Positions 29,814-43,559 of a stretch of 64,000 bases of DNA are shown piece by piece. Under the pieces are notes generated by a model. It was not told the DNA's origin. It did not search any database and worked only from the letters and a program-made list of their open reading frames with translations. Source of the stretch: Podarcis liolepis (lineage: Eukaryota); NCBI GenBank assembly GCA_965112155.1, contig OZ218099.1. One strand, written 5' to 3'. The first letter of the stretch is position 1. Each line of letters opens with the position of its first letter. The position numbers and the translations under genes are program-made.

Positions 29814-32800
29814 TCTCAATGAAACTATTGAGTCAACAGGTTGCAAAACCCACAAAAACCACTAGGTGGAGGTTGTTGTAAATCTCCCAGCCTGACGAGT
29901 CTCCCTGTAGTGAAATGCTACTTTCCAGGATGTTGAGAATTTCCTTAACCACCTGGATTGGGTTGTTTTCTTCACATCACTGCAGGGCTCCTCTATGAAA
30001 GGATGTGCTGTGTTGTGGATATTTCCTGAACCAAGGATTAGTTACTAAGGATAACAAAGGATTCTATGGTTCTAGGATACTAAGTTAACTAAGGATAATG
30101 TAGACTCTACTTCATTGGAGAAAGAGACATTGGCCAGCCTTCTGTCCAGATTTCTTTAGTTGTGATTCCTGCATTGCACAGAGTGAAGTAGGTGGCCCTT
30201 GGGTCCCTTCCAACTCTACAGTTCTACTATTCCACTGCACATTGGAAGAATATAAGGTAATGCCTGACTGCATGGTGACAGCTGTCCCGGGGAATGCTTT
30301 AAGGTGGCCCCTGACTTCCTTCCCATTTATGTATTCATGTTTTACACTGTTGATCATCACCAGAGATAGACAAAGGAAATCTCAGTTGGGTGTGTTGATC
30401 TCTTAATTTCCTGTCGCATCGGATCTTATTTTTATTTTATGTAGAAGGGTTTACAGATCACAACATTCTCGAAATGGTGTACAGTATATGTCTCTAAGCG
30501 GCATACATACATCTTAGCAGGGTGATTCTAACATCCAAAGATAAGTGCCTATATTAGGTGAAGTCTGAGTCCAGGTCTAAGGAACAAATGAGGTAAGACT
30601 TCCTGCATTGAATTAAGCCATGAAAGATGACGTCATAATAAACTTGTTATTATTTAAAGTGCCACAAGACCCTGTTATTTTTGCTACAAGAGACAGCATA
30701 GCTACCACTATGGAATACATTTCTGTTACTGATGGCAGTCAAAGACCAGCAGGGAGACCTTCCCCCACACCTCCACCTGCAGATAGCAACAGGGCAAAAT
30801 TCTAGCAGGACACCCTCTAGCACAGTATTCCTCAAACCTTGGATTCCCACATGCTGTTGAGCTATAACTCCCATCATCCCTGACCATTGGCTAAGCTGGG
30901 TGAGTATGATGGAGTACAATGCCATCAAGGTGGAAGAGCAGTGCTGCAGAAGCATCCCCCCAAAGGTTCAACCTGTCTGAACACACACACACACACACAC
31001 ACCTGTGCTGGAATAAGATTTGAACTTCAGCCTTCTGTTGATGCCCTCAGAAGACTGTTCTCAGGCCTAAATGCCCTGGAGAGGGGGAAAGTGGAAGCTA
31101 TTGGCGGGATGGGGGAGATCCCATGGGTCAGCAGTTTCCTACTCTAGCTCTGCATTGCCTTGAAAACAGAGGTATGTGTCTTTGTGTGTCAAAATCTATG
31201 CACTGGGCTCTGTTCTACTAGCTAGAGAGAGTACCTGCAGCCCTCTACTAGACTTTCCCATCCCTATGCTTTCCCTCCTCACAGAGCTTTAATTGGAAAT
31301 GTCTGGGCCACTTAATCCTCTTACTTTCTAGACCAGGGCGTGCACATCACATGCTTGGTACAAAGTCTCTGGGGAATGTGAACCCCATGCCAGGGGATTA
31401 ACCTTTTCTGGCCCCAGCAGATTGCATGCCTACAGGGACTCCATGTGCAAATTCAGAAGGGCAAGGTAATGCAAAGCCCTTTCTCCCTCCTAGAATTGGC
31501 TGAGCTCAGTGGGGTGGATAGGCAGACCTAAGGTAGGGCCCTGGGGCAGATGCCAATCACATCTTTGCAACCATATAATGCCAACATACCCCCCCATATG
31601 GTAATGCTGCTGCTTCTGTAGTAGCTAAGGGTTGAGCAGGCACAATGAAGGATGCTTTTTAAATTATGTTTTGAGTGTTTGCATTGCAGGTCATCTAAGG
31701 ATGCTGGATGGGGCCATGCCCTATTGGACAGCAGTGACATACCTCCAGAATCTGGCTGTTGGGAGGTGCAGAAGGAGAAGGAGCAGGCAGGAGGCCCCCA
31801 GGAGACAGGTTTCAGGAATCAAGCCAAGGGTGTGCCAACGTGCATTTCTGGGATGGGATAAATGCCAGCAGCCAGGGCTTGCTGGGGCCTGCATGGCTCT
31901 GGCGCCTGCACCTGGGGATGTGCCTGAAAGTGCCAGGGTGGAGTCAGACCGCACGTGTTGGCAAGTGTGCCATGTGGTAAAAAGCATTCCTGATCACAGC
32001 AGTGTTGCCAGGGGCCTTCATTTTAAGGGGGGCATTTCTTCAGAATCTCCGCTGAGCTCATGCAGCAGAGACCCAGGGCGGCAGAGCTGCGCACTGAGCC
32101 CCATTTCCCAACTCAGGAAATAGCTTTGCATGCGGATCAGGGCCCTTCTCCATAGCTTGCTGTGTAAGACAGAATTGGAACAAGGCAAAGCAACTGTGGG
32201 CTTCCTAATGGACACGTCGGTCAACTGAAAACACATTTAGGCTGTGGTTTCTCTTTGCTGGCACCTAGCTGGCTGAACTTTGTCTAGATTTCAAGTCAGT
32301 TTTCAAAATTCTGCTTTAAGTGGCCTGTCTAAGAGAGCTCAGGTGTGCTCTAGAACGCAGGTAGACAATGTGGTCCCCCCAATACCCATTCAACTCTCAT
32401 CAGCCCCAACCAACACAGCCAGTAGTCAGGGATAGTGGGAGCTGCACTCCAAAAACATCTTCCAAGCTACACTGCTAGACTCTATCCTGAGTCTAAAGGA
32501 AGCTGGAAAAACAACAACTGTGCATGTGAGCGGTCTATTTATGTGGGAGGTTAATACCAGAGGAGGGGATTTGTGTGTGACCATGATAATTAGAAAAAAT
32601 ATTTTGTGTTACTGAATGTACAAAAGGGAATCAGCTATGAATCGGAGTGGGGAGAGGAAGAAGGAACTGGTATATGCTCAATTCTTCTTCCCACTCTCCT
32701 ACACACAGTCAATTCATGGAAGGAACATGGAGGGGGGGGGGGTTGTTGTCCCTGGAGCAGCTTCTGGCCAACATGTCTCCCACAGACATCAGAAAGCAAG

Positions 32801-35059
32801 GAAGAGAAAAACCCAAAGAGGAGGGGATCCCACCTTGTCCCATTTCTGAATATGCAGAAATTTCTGAATATTCAGAAATGGAAAGAAGAAGATTATCCAG
32901 AGCTAGTGATGTCAATCAATCAATATCACAGGTGCAGGTTTGTAAAAAGGAGAAGAAGAAGAAGTTAGGGTGGTGTATGTTAACAGCTTTCCATTCTTCA
33001 TACCGCTTAGGGTTGAGTTAGAGAAATCAATTTCTTCCTTCATAACAAACTGATTTAGAACACCTTTAGTATTAAAGCTTTCAAGAAACAAAACATTTTC
33101 TTCTGTTTGAAATTTCTCTTGGGAAGGCTGACCAGGAAACTGGGAAATTTCCCAGAACAAATGAGGACACTGAAAAATGATTAGAAAGATAGAAAAGTTG
33201 AAGGAGAGAGAGAAGGGGAGAGGGAGAGGTTTTTTGCTGTCTCCATGATGGCAAATAAATCCACGTATTGAGAGAGGGAACATACTCCCATTGATTATTC
33301 CCCCCAAATGGAGATTTGTACTTTTCTTAAAATGGAACTTAATCACATCAAACAAATGTAGGTCATGTTCATCTCAGACTAGTCCTGGGCTCAGTGGGTC
33401 AGTGGAACTAAAGCCAGACAAGAGTGGCATATTCACTAAAATAATTTTAATCAGCTTAAAATCAGCTTGGTTTTTTTTTAATCAGCACTGAGTGGGTGGT
33501 ATCCCAGAAGACAGGACAAGTTTAAAAGATGGAACCAAGTTGACTTTTATTTTTTTTAAGAAACACAAAAGGATCAGTTAATGTCATTGTTTATTGGGAG
33601 GCTGGTTCCATCCTGCCCCTGCATCTTTTATTTCCTACACTGGAGTTTTATCTGTGCTTATTTCAGGACACTTTAGCCCTGGGATTCTTTCCCTTCTTCT
33701 TTTAAAAGACATACCATAAGATGGTACAGGAAATGGTTGTGTTAACTGCAGCTGAAATTGGAAGGGTCTAGTGTGCTTCTCTTCTCCTGAAATGAGTGCA
33801 GACCAAGTTCAGGACCAACGTGGCTTATGATGAGGAGTCACCCTGAGCAGGCCCATACAGTCATCAAAACAGCCCCTGCACAGATGGATCCTTTTAAGAC
33901 CCTACGTTTCAAGCAAGAACTGTCGCGCTGTCACTTTTCTGCTTGAACTGCTCAGACAGCGTTGACCTTCTCTGTCTTTATTCATGTGCTAAGCAGGGCT
34001 CTGCATTAAACATGAATTAAGACACTTCTCTGTCCTCGAGTCCAGAACACCAGGAAAACAGCAGCGCAGCTAGGATTTCCACACCGTCTGCAAATAGCCC
34101 AGCCAAAGATCTCGCCCACCCATCCTCTCTCTTCCTGCCACCCCTTTTCAATCAGCTGCGAGAGGCACATCTGTTTGCTATTCCCTAGTCATGCAGGCCC
34201 TCGGCTGCTCCCACAGAAATGTAACTTGGGTGTGTTGCATTAATGATACATACGGTTGTAAGAGTGTCCTGGGAAGTCGTCACAGCAGAGATGCGTGATG
34301 GTTGGCAGATGTGCTGAACTGGAGGGAAAGCACTGGGGGTGTGTGCAAGAAATGGAAACCTCCTTTCTTAGCTGAGCTATGGAAACAGCTGCTGCATCTC
34401 AGCTTCTGCGGGAAGCTTGGTTTAAGGGGCTGCGGCTTGTGGAACAGTCTGGACACAGATGCATGTGGTCATTTTGTCAATGAATCCCAACCCCGTTAAC
34501 CTTCCTTTTCATAGCATATATTCATTAATACACACCCTTTCAATTTATTTTTAAACATTGTTTACGTGTTTGTTACTATGTGGCATCAGCTTCTTCCCAA
34601 CCTGCAGCGTAAGCTAAATAAGCCTCTCTCTCGCTCACACTCAAGCACTGTACATCATGCAAGCCAGTTTCATGTCTCTTAGTCCTTCCTTCTAAGCTGG
34701 CCTGAGTGAGCTCTGCTTGCGCCTTCTCTTTAGGCATCAGAAAAGCTACATCAAGCCTTCTAAGCAACAAGCAATTGCTCTTGATCTGCAGCCAGCACTG
34801 TCTCGTCTCCTTTGTAACAGCAGAGAGAAAGCTCCAAGAGGCAAGCCCCTTCCATTAGGGATCTGTCCAAAATATGACGTGTTCCTTGGAGCCATGAATA
34901 CAACTAATTTGAGACCACCAAACCATTGCACCAACTAGCTTCAAAGAAGGATTTTTTTAAAAAAAAGTTTCAAAGCAACAATTGTTTGGGGAACATCTTT
35001 TTACCCTACTGGTTTATGCTTCTTCTTTCCTGGGCCATTTTTTTAAAAAAACAACAACT

Positions 35060-35495
35060 ATGATTTTTGGTTATACATTTCAATAGTTTTACAATCATTC
35101 TAACATTTCAAAACTCAACGTCCTTTCTCCTCTTTCTGTGGCTCCTTAAATTTGGGTTTTTTTATTTTTTTACATTTCCTGCATATTCTATATTAACTTA
35201 CTATTTTATTCATCTACTTTAAATAAAATGAAACTGCAGGTTATTACAGTGGTACCTCGGTTGAAGAACAGTCCAATTTAAAAACAATTTGGTTTACAAA
35301 CTCCGCAAAACCGGAAATGGTGTCTTGGTTTGAGAACTTTACTTTGGTCTAAGAACAGAATCCAAACAGTGGAAGGGCACTGGCGGCAAAAGGCCTCATT
35401 AGGGAAAGCGCACCTCGGTTTAAGAACGGTTTTGGTTTAAGAACGGAATGTATTAAGTTCATAAACCGAGGTACCACTGTACAATAATCCTGCCA
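35060..35495 (-). mobile_element. AT-rich LINE 3' fragment interrupted by a MITE
   Basis: Starts after a T/A tract; resembles a recurrent lacertid LINE tail from memory; sequence rejoins as ggttatTA|caataatcctgcc across the MITE. Confidence 0.5.
35247..35479. mobile_element. Tc1/mariner-type MITE
   Basis: TA|CAGTGGTACCTCGGTT...AACCGAGGTACCACTG|TA, perfect 16-bp TIR. Confidence 0.9.
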
Positions 35496-36078
35496 TTATG
35501 CCATACTGTTTTTCTCTTCTATCCCAGTCCCCCAATGTAAAACACAGTTCCTTTCCTACCCGAGCCTACCTACAGGATGGGAGGCACCCCAGCTTAGAGG
35601 GTCATCCATCAGGAATGTCCAGGCTTGCAACGTGACTCTCCCACCCCACCACTGGAACAAAGGAAGAAACCTCTTTGCACCTCAACAACAAAGTGCCTGT
35701 TGGGATAACCTGCCTTGGATGACGTGCACTCTCGCCCATGAAAGTTTTATGGCATAATAAATTTGTTAGGGTTATGCTAAATGTGTTGCTCATAAAGGTT
35801 TTTCGAAATATTTCAAACACCAATTTAGGCCTCTCCCAAGGTTCCGTTAGCAGAACACAAAGGGAATACATTTCAGGCAGCTCCCCTTCCTTCGTTTCAT
35901 CTGCTCCGGGGGGTTGGGCACCTTCCTGAGCAGATTCAGGGGAGGCACAGGGACTATAGGGGGGGTGGTTTCTGCAACCATTGGACGCAACAGTAGGCTA
36001 CAATTCACTTGGAAGAAATCAACCTTGCACTATATTGAACATTTCATCAGGGCCAGCTTTAAAATTTTCCAGACAGAA

Positions 36079-36264
36079 TAAGGTTGCCATACATCCGGGA
36101 AATCCCTGACATGTCCTACAGGGGGATTTTTACAATTGTAAGCAAATGTCCGGGTTTGAGGGGGGTTCAGGATTGGGCTCTGGTGCAGGCAGCTCTGGCT
36201 CTGTTTCAGGCTCAGCGGTAGCCCCCCAAAAAGCTCAACAACCTCTGGATATACGGCAACCCTA
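36079..36264. mobile_element. hAT-type MITE
   Basis: TAAGGTTGCCATACATCC...GGATATACGGCAACCCTA ends; 8-bp flanks agacagaa/agatagag. Confidence 0.75.
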
Positions 36265-38603
36265 AGATAGAGCAATCCCCTCGCACCCCCACCAATGCAT
36301 GTTTCTGGGGGTTTTCCCAACCCACCCAGAGCCAATTTCAGAGGGCGTGTGGGGCACAGGAGGAAGAGGGGGCGGGAAAACATTGCACCAGGGCTTCTGC
36401 TGACAAGACTCTTTAGGCTGCTTACGCATCTTACATTTAAAGCACATTCTGCTCCCCAGAGAATCCTAGGAACTGTAGTTTAAGGATGCTGGGAATTGTA
36501 GCTCTGTGAGCAGTAAACTACAGTTCCCACAGATGTGTGTGTGCAATGTGCTTTAACTCTTGAATGTGTACACAGCTTTTGTTTGTTTTGCAACTGTTCT
36601 GTCTAGTTACAGTTCACAACTTGCCTCTGCCCAGAGCAGAATGCACCAGGTGGAGGGCTGATTTGCCTAGGCACCCATCGTCATGCCACCCACACTGGAG
36701 GCCTGCGTTCTGCTTCTAACTGTTATCTTGCCTTGCCTAGGTATTAATTCATTTGCAAAATGAGCTTGTAGCCATTTAACGCTCCTTCGACTTGCAGAAC
36801 AAGACCTTAATCAGAACTTTATAAGCAGGTAAATCACAAAGCAACTGTGAACATTATGAAAACTGCTCTGGTGAGTTGCACAAACAGGTAGGCCAGCACA
36901 GAGTTTCAGTCTCGGTAAGGAATATGCTACCATGGAGAACTTCTCTTTAAACTCAGGCACCTCGGAAGCCCTGGACAAATCCCATAGAAGGTGTTTCCCT
37001 GCATGATCTAAAGGCAAAACTTTGTCCCTAGAGATTGTTAGGGCCTTCCAGGTTTAAAATCCAGCAAATGTGCAAAAGTTGTTGCTCATTTCTTGTGTGG
37101 GATCTAGCCTTTCTCTAATAGGGGGACTTTTGCTTGGAGTGGAGAGAGTATCATGTTTTCTTAGCTTGCAAAGCACAACACACTATCTCTGGAAAAATAT
37201 TATTCTTCCTTCTATTCTGGGCTACATCGTGGTCAAATATCGGCAGTCCGTCTATAAGCAGGGACTTGACCTAAACTTGCACGCAAGGTGAAACTGACAA
37301 AGTGCTTCTCCACACATCGCCCTGAGACTAGTCGGTTTCAACTTCCATGTGAATCCTGTCATCGCAAGTAGAGAGACACTCCCTATCTCATATCACTGGA
37401 GTGATTTTCATCATCCAGACTTTAAGAATAGGAACACCCCTCCTTAAGCAAGGCTACCACCCGTCCCATCCATTTTGTGTGGAATGCATATCATGTTACT
37501 GCTTTTGAAATGTGACTTGCAGGACTACGTTGCAAAACCCAGAGTGCAGATGGGGCGTATTTTGGACTGACTCTGTCTGGATCAGCCTAAGCAGATTGAA
37601 AACAATTGAATCCTATACTGTCATGATGCTGAGTGGTTAGGGAGCTGCTCTGTGGTGTTGGCATTGCAGTTTCAAGGTCCTGGGAGCTCCCTGCCTTTCA
37701 CCCCTAACATATCCTTTTAGGGTATGTGTATGTAAAGGTCATGCATGCAAAAGGTAAGTGGGGCCATGTTACTGCCTTCCCCTCGTTGAGGCTTGAGCTC
37801 CTCTCTCCTGCTTCCTAACCTCCTTCCCTATGGAGTGAGCCCTTGGAGGTGGCCACTACCAAGGTGTCTCTGTGGCTGCCTTTGTTGCATGTCTTGGCCA
37901 CTCCCTACATCTGCTTTGCAAGAGGCTGCTTCCCTCCCTGGGTGATCCTCAGATTACTATTGTCCCAGAAGGGCCGTGTGTGCTCTTTGCAGCTGTGCTG
38001 TGGGAGTCGTCCTCCTATCCTCCGTGTGTGCGTGCGTTGTGCTCCAAAATGTTGACTGTGAGGACTATAAGGAGATTTACACTCCTGGCTGCAGGATATC
38101 TGGGACTGGCCACAACAGGGGCACTGCTGGGTCAGCCCCAGTGCTATATGGATTGGGGTACCCTGGCATTGCTGTCTGTGTTGTGATGCAGGGAGCACAT
38201 CATTGTGAGCTCATTGGCTCCTTCCATGTTTGGGTGGCATGTGAACATCGCCATTTGGCTTTGCCCCCAAATCAGTGGGTTGTGTTTCCAGGGCTGCTGG
38301 GGTGGGTGTGTGTGTCATTTTTTAACCCTACCGTGGGATTTCATGTGTGTTTGCTTTCCCTTCCCCTCCTAAGCTGAACATGTACAGAGCTCAGTAGCCA
38401 TTCTGCCGGCATATCAGTGGAACCTCTCTTCCTCCCACTGGCACAAGTTTCCTCTGTCATACAGGTCTCTAATACTCCCCACACTCTGGGTTGGACAAAT
38501 TCCCATGCCAAACCACATTTGCTCACCTCTCCCCGAACAAGCTATCCATTGTTCACCCTCCTATTCCCTTTTGCATGAAATGTTTTGGTTCAATGCTGCA
38601 GAT

Positions 38604-38605
<2 letters not shown>

Positions 38606-38655
<50 letters not shown>

Positions 38656-38658
38656 TGT
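38606..38658. repeat. (TG)n microsatellite
   Basis: Seen directly. Confidence 0.95.
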
Positions 38659-39593
38659 ATATGTATGCAAACACATGCACAGCTACACAGACAAATTGCA
38701 GTGGAACTGATGGAACGGAAGATGGAGTCTGGAACTGCCATTTAACACGTTGGCTCTTCTCTGAGCCAGAGATTTCTAAGTGCATCAGAATCTCACTCGG
38801 GTTAGGATATGACAAGCCTTATTTACTTTCTGTCTGCACGACTACACTGGCTCTTTGTAGATCTCTCAGTAGTAACTGATTAGGGTAGATGCACACCATA
38901 CTTTTAAAGCACATTTATTGCACCTTTAAAGCTCACAGCTCTCTCCAAAGAATATTGGGAACTGCAGTTTGTTAAGGGTACCAGGAATGCCAGGATTATT
39001 TGGGAGAGTTCATGCTCTTTAAATGTGCATTGAATGTGATTTAAATATAGGGTGTGGATCTGCCCTCAATGTTGCATTTGTTCCTATACTTCCTGATGTT
39101 GATGGCTCTCCTACCATTCCTTGCTTGAGGGAGAAAGAAATTAAAGAGAAAGCAGGCTTTGATAGCTTGCTTCTTTCCTGCTGGGTGGCTGGTTCCTTGT
39201 GCAGCTTGAATGGGAGGGTATCTCAGCCTTGAGGCTGGTCTTGAGCCAGTGGGTTTCATGACCCACAGCAATGAGGATGCAAAGTTACCCAGAGCTGGTC
39301 ATGCTACTGGTACCAAGGCCATCTTAAGAGAAAGAGAAGAGAGAAGAGAAAAGATTGGTGAGAGAAGAAAGACAAGGAGGAGAGGAAAGAGACTGCAGGA
39401 GAGATGTACAGCATGATCCAATGGATGTTTACTCAGAAGTCATGTTGAGTTCAAGGTAACTTACTCCCAGATAGGTGTGTGTAGGGTGGCAACCTTGGAT
39501 AATGATAAAAATAATAAATAATGTCATCAGTTTGTGTCTTGTTGCATATGGGTGCTTAATTCTTACATTGAAAAGTTCATAGCAGGCTAATCA

Positions 39594-39639
39594 TGTTGTT
39601 GTTGTTGTTCATAATAATAATAATAATAATAATAATAAT
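39594..39639. repeat. Compound (GTT)n(AAT)n microsatellite
   Basis: Seen directly. Confidence 0.95.
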
Positions 39640-39801
39640 AGAATCATTCTTTCAAAGTGCCCAAAGCCCTTCATATGAAATATCTAGTTGTCCACCTTAC
39701 AGAACAACCTTGTAAGATAAGTCTGAATTATTATCCCTTAATATTGCAGAAATGAGGACCATGAGACGGTGCCTAGATGGGCGGGATATAAATAATAAAT
39801 T

Positions 39802-39841
<40 letters not shown>
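39802..39841. repeat. (ATG)n microsatellite at a LINE tail
   Basis: About 13 units directly after gggcgggatataaataataaatt. Confidence 0.95.
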
Positions 39842-42800
39842 CAGAGGTAAGATCTGAACCAGGGACTTCCTGATCCACAGCTCAATTTATTACCTGCTAC
39901 ACTATACCAGCTCTTTTGTGGTTCCTAGGCAATATCTTGTTGAGGTGATTTATGAAGCCAGACTTCTTTATCTTCAACAGTAGACCTACCTCATGCACTT
40001 TTCAGACCAGATCTTGGACCTCAGAATGTTAAAGGTCTACCTCTGCTCTTGCGTCCAAGAGGCAAGGAGTTCAAGTAACTCAATTACCTCCTGCTGTTGA
40101 CCTCAGTTGCAAGTTGAGTCTGAAGCAGGAAATAAATAATCAGTGCTGGATAAAGCAGAATTAGCCAAACTCATCAGCAAAATATTGATCATAGGGGAAA
40201 TTTAGGTCAGGCAATGGTGGGACTCATGGGAGGCATTTCAGTGGCTACTAAACCGCTTCAGTTGTGATAAATCAACAGTACGGACACACACTGTCATTCA
40301 AAAAAACTGGGGTGGGGAAGGAAAGAGCTGGAGTTGTACTAGAAATTACAGGGGGGGAAACATTTCGCTCTCTTCCTCTGTTCTGTCACCCTTGAGCTAA
40401 AAGAGCATTCTTTCCATTCTTTAAGGTGTAACTGCTGTGCAGCTGCTCAGCTATAACTAATGGCACAATGTAATGATTTCAGACGGGCAGACCTTGGCAT
40501 GTTGTATTTGCTTTTGCACAGAGCTAGTCGTCTTTCATGAGCTGGTTTCACAGCAGATATTGGGATAAACAGCTTCATGTCTGAGCTGGTATGAAGTGAG
40601 TAAGACAGCAAGGTATTTCAGTCCCCAGGGGGCACTCTTCTCTCAGGTTCCGCTGAGTTCAGTCCAGCTTTCCCCCAGGTAAGCATGGGCAGAATTGTAG
40701 CCAATGTGGGAAGAATCCAGAGGACTTTACCAACAATCGCATGGGTGGAGATAATGCTGAGGTGACCCTGAGATGGGATGGTAGCACAGAGACTTGCTGG
40801 GGATGTCGGTTAGATTTGGGGTGGGGAAGTCAGGGACCTGGCATTCCTTGTTCTTTGAAACTGCATCCAAATCTCCTTCCGTTCTCATTCGCTTAGTGAG
40901 GGGAAATTTGTGAAAAACAATAGCTTTCAAAGGGAGTGCTGGAACTATGATGATACAGAAGCAAAAATACTAATTCTAATAATACTAACAATAAAGTTTC
41001 TGCATTCAAATAATGTAATCACTAACCTTTTTCCTACCAAGGCCTTAGCAAAGCATGGAAGATGGCTTTCTCCATTTACTGGAGGAATGGTGACTTATCC
41101 TAAAGTTTGTAAATGCACCTGTGAGAGAGACCCTAGAAACCAGACTCAATCACTCTGGAGTTTGCTTTGACTGCCTTCACATAATGATTAACAGTGGGGA
41201 GCTTTGCAACTGCATTCCCTTACTGAAGTAATGACAAGACTTTGCCCTGCATATGAGGGCCTCTGCTTTTCGGATTCAACCGGTGGAGTACATGAGGCTG
41301 TTTCCAAAGGAAGCAGAACATCTGGGTTCACGTATCTACAATGTCAAACCCATGAAATAGGGGCAGCATCATTCTTCATGTTAGTGGCTGGGCCTTCAAA
41401 GAGTTATGAGATCAAACCTATGTAAAGGCTATAGAAATAAATTTAAAACAGGAACTAAACATCCTGGCATATATTCTCAGCCCTTGACAAATGGAGCATA
41501 ATCTAATTGGTTGACGCAAGGTGGACAAGTCCTTGATTTGTTTGATCCCTGGCTCAGCTTCTGTATCTTATTTGAATTAGATTTTTCAGATTGATGCAAC
41601 CATACAGTTTCCCTGCTCTCTTATCAATGGTGTTATCCCATGAAATGGACTGGCAGTAGATCCAAGCTCCAAATTCTAGTTTGTTAAGAATGGGGGGTGG
41701 GGGTGGGATGGGTGTCGAGGAATACGATGAGAGGCAATGAGGAAGGTCTACTGTCGTCATGCCCTGCTAATGAGCTTTTCACAAAGGATGCTGTATTAGA
41801 TGGAATCTTGTTCTCCAGTAGGGAAATTTTTTTGCATGTATCAGGTGTGGGGAACCTTTGGACTGCCAGATATTGCTGAACTGCAACTCCCACCATCTCT
41901 GGCGAGTGACCATGCTTGCTAGGGCTGATGGGAATTGTAGTTCAGCAATGTCTAAAAGGCCAATCATTGTGCACTCCTGGCATCTCTATCTATATGCCTG
42001 AATTCTTCTCCACTCCAGCAGTCTATCTGAGCAGGTAATTTATTATTGACACAAGAGCTCACAATCCACCCATTTGAAAATTCAGTGAAACTAACCTGGC
42101 CTCTTTGTTAACGATTTTATTTAAAGTGTTGGAAGTCTCTGTTAGAAACCACACATTATCTCATTATTTCCTGGGATCAAACTGATGCTTCATCCAGGCA
42201 AGATGGAGGTTCTGCTGCTTGAAAAAATGGTTAACCCAAGAATAGCAGATTTGCAGTTTGGGAGTGCTTTTAAGATTTGGCTTTGCTTCTACATAAATAA
42301 GTAGAATGCTTGTGCACACTTTATTCTAGTGCACCAACTTGCAATAGTTCTGCATGCTTTTGTTACATCCAGGTTAGGCTACTGCAATATGGTCAATGTG
42401 AAGCTGCCTATGAAAACCGTTCAGAAATTTCCAGCGGTGTAGAAGTCTGTTTTTGTGATTGTATCAGGATTGTACCAACAGGAATTGTCTCTCAGTTGGC
42501 ATCTGGGCTGAATTCAAAGCACTAAATCTCAAATGATTTGGGACCTCAGAATTGAAGGGCAATTGAGGTTCTACAGAGGAAGTGAAAGGTGAGATATTGT
42601 AATGTGTAAAATGTAAAATCCTTGGCCTAAGACAAAGGTGGGGAACATGAGGCCTTTCAGAGGTTGGTGGATTGCCAGCTCCCATCAGCTCCAGACAGCG
42701 CAGCTAATAGCCAAGGGAATGATGGGAGTTTGAGTCCAGCAACATTTGAGGGGGTGGTGTCACATGTTCAATGGATTTACCCCAAATGGGAGTTATGGGA

Positions 42801-42864
42801 TTATGGCTTAAATCTCACCTGGTATCATGGCTGGCTGATGCCAATTAAAAGTATATCAGAAGAC

Positions 42865-43559
42865 CAAATGTAAAGAATGTAAATGTAAAGAAAAAGAGGG
42901 TACCTTTTATCATATGTGGTGGACCTGTCCCAAGGTGAAAGACTTCTGGGAGAAGATTTATAATGAATTGAAAAAAATGTTGAAATATACATTTATTAAG
43001 AAACCAGAGGCCTTTCTTCTTGGAATAGTAGGTTTGGAATTGCCCAAAAAAGATGTTAGATTGTTTTGTATGCCACAACTGCAGCTAGTATTTTGTTAGC
43101 TAAGAACTGGAAATCACTAGAAGTCACAAGTAGAGGAATGGCAGATGAAGATGATGGATTTTTCGGAGCTAGCCGACCTGACTGGAAGAGTCCGCAACCA
43201 GAAGGAGGAAGAGTACCAGGAGGAATGGATGAAATTCAAAGACTATTTAGCTAAATATGCTAAGATAACTTAATTGGAAAAACTTGCAAATATTAGACAG
43301 GCTTAGGATTTAATTATGTGATGTTAGAGAATAATATGTTTAAAGTCAAAATGAAAACAAAGTAAGATGCTAAGTGATTAACTTAATTTTATGAGAAAAA
43401 TGGTTTTGGAAAACTGTTACAATGATATACATTGAAATTCAGCCAGGGGGATTTGAAGAAGTCACTTAACAATGTTACTAAAATTGGATCAAGTACAGTT
43501 AAGATGTATGTTTGTTTGTCTGTTCAAAAATTTTGGAAAACCAATAAAAAAAAATCGAA
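42865..43559 (+). mobile_element. 5'-truncated L1-clade LINE (ORF2 C-terminal Cys/His region, 3'UTR, poly-A) with 18-bp TSD
   Basis: CKEKEGTFYHMWWTCPKVKDFWEKIYNELK; AATAAA plus A tract at ~43543; TSD AAAAGTATATCAGAAGAC (42847-42864) / AAAAGTATATCGGAAGAC (43560-43577); TT/AAAA target. Confidence 0.9.

Noticed and set aside
31632-32236. 163-aa ORF / GC-richer patch as a hidden intergenic gene
   Set aside because: No recognisable domain, no ATG-led or splice-supported structure, no partner exons
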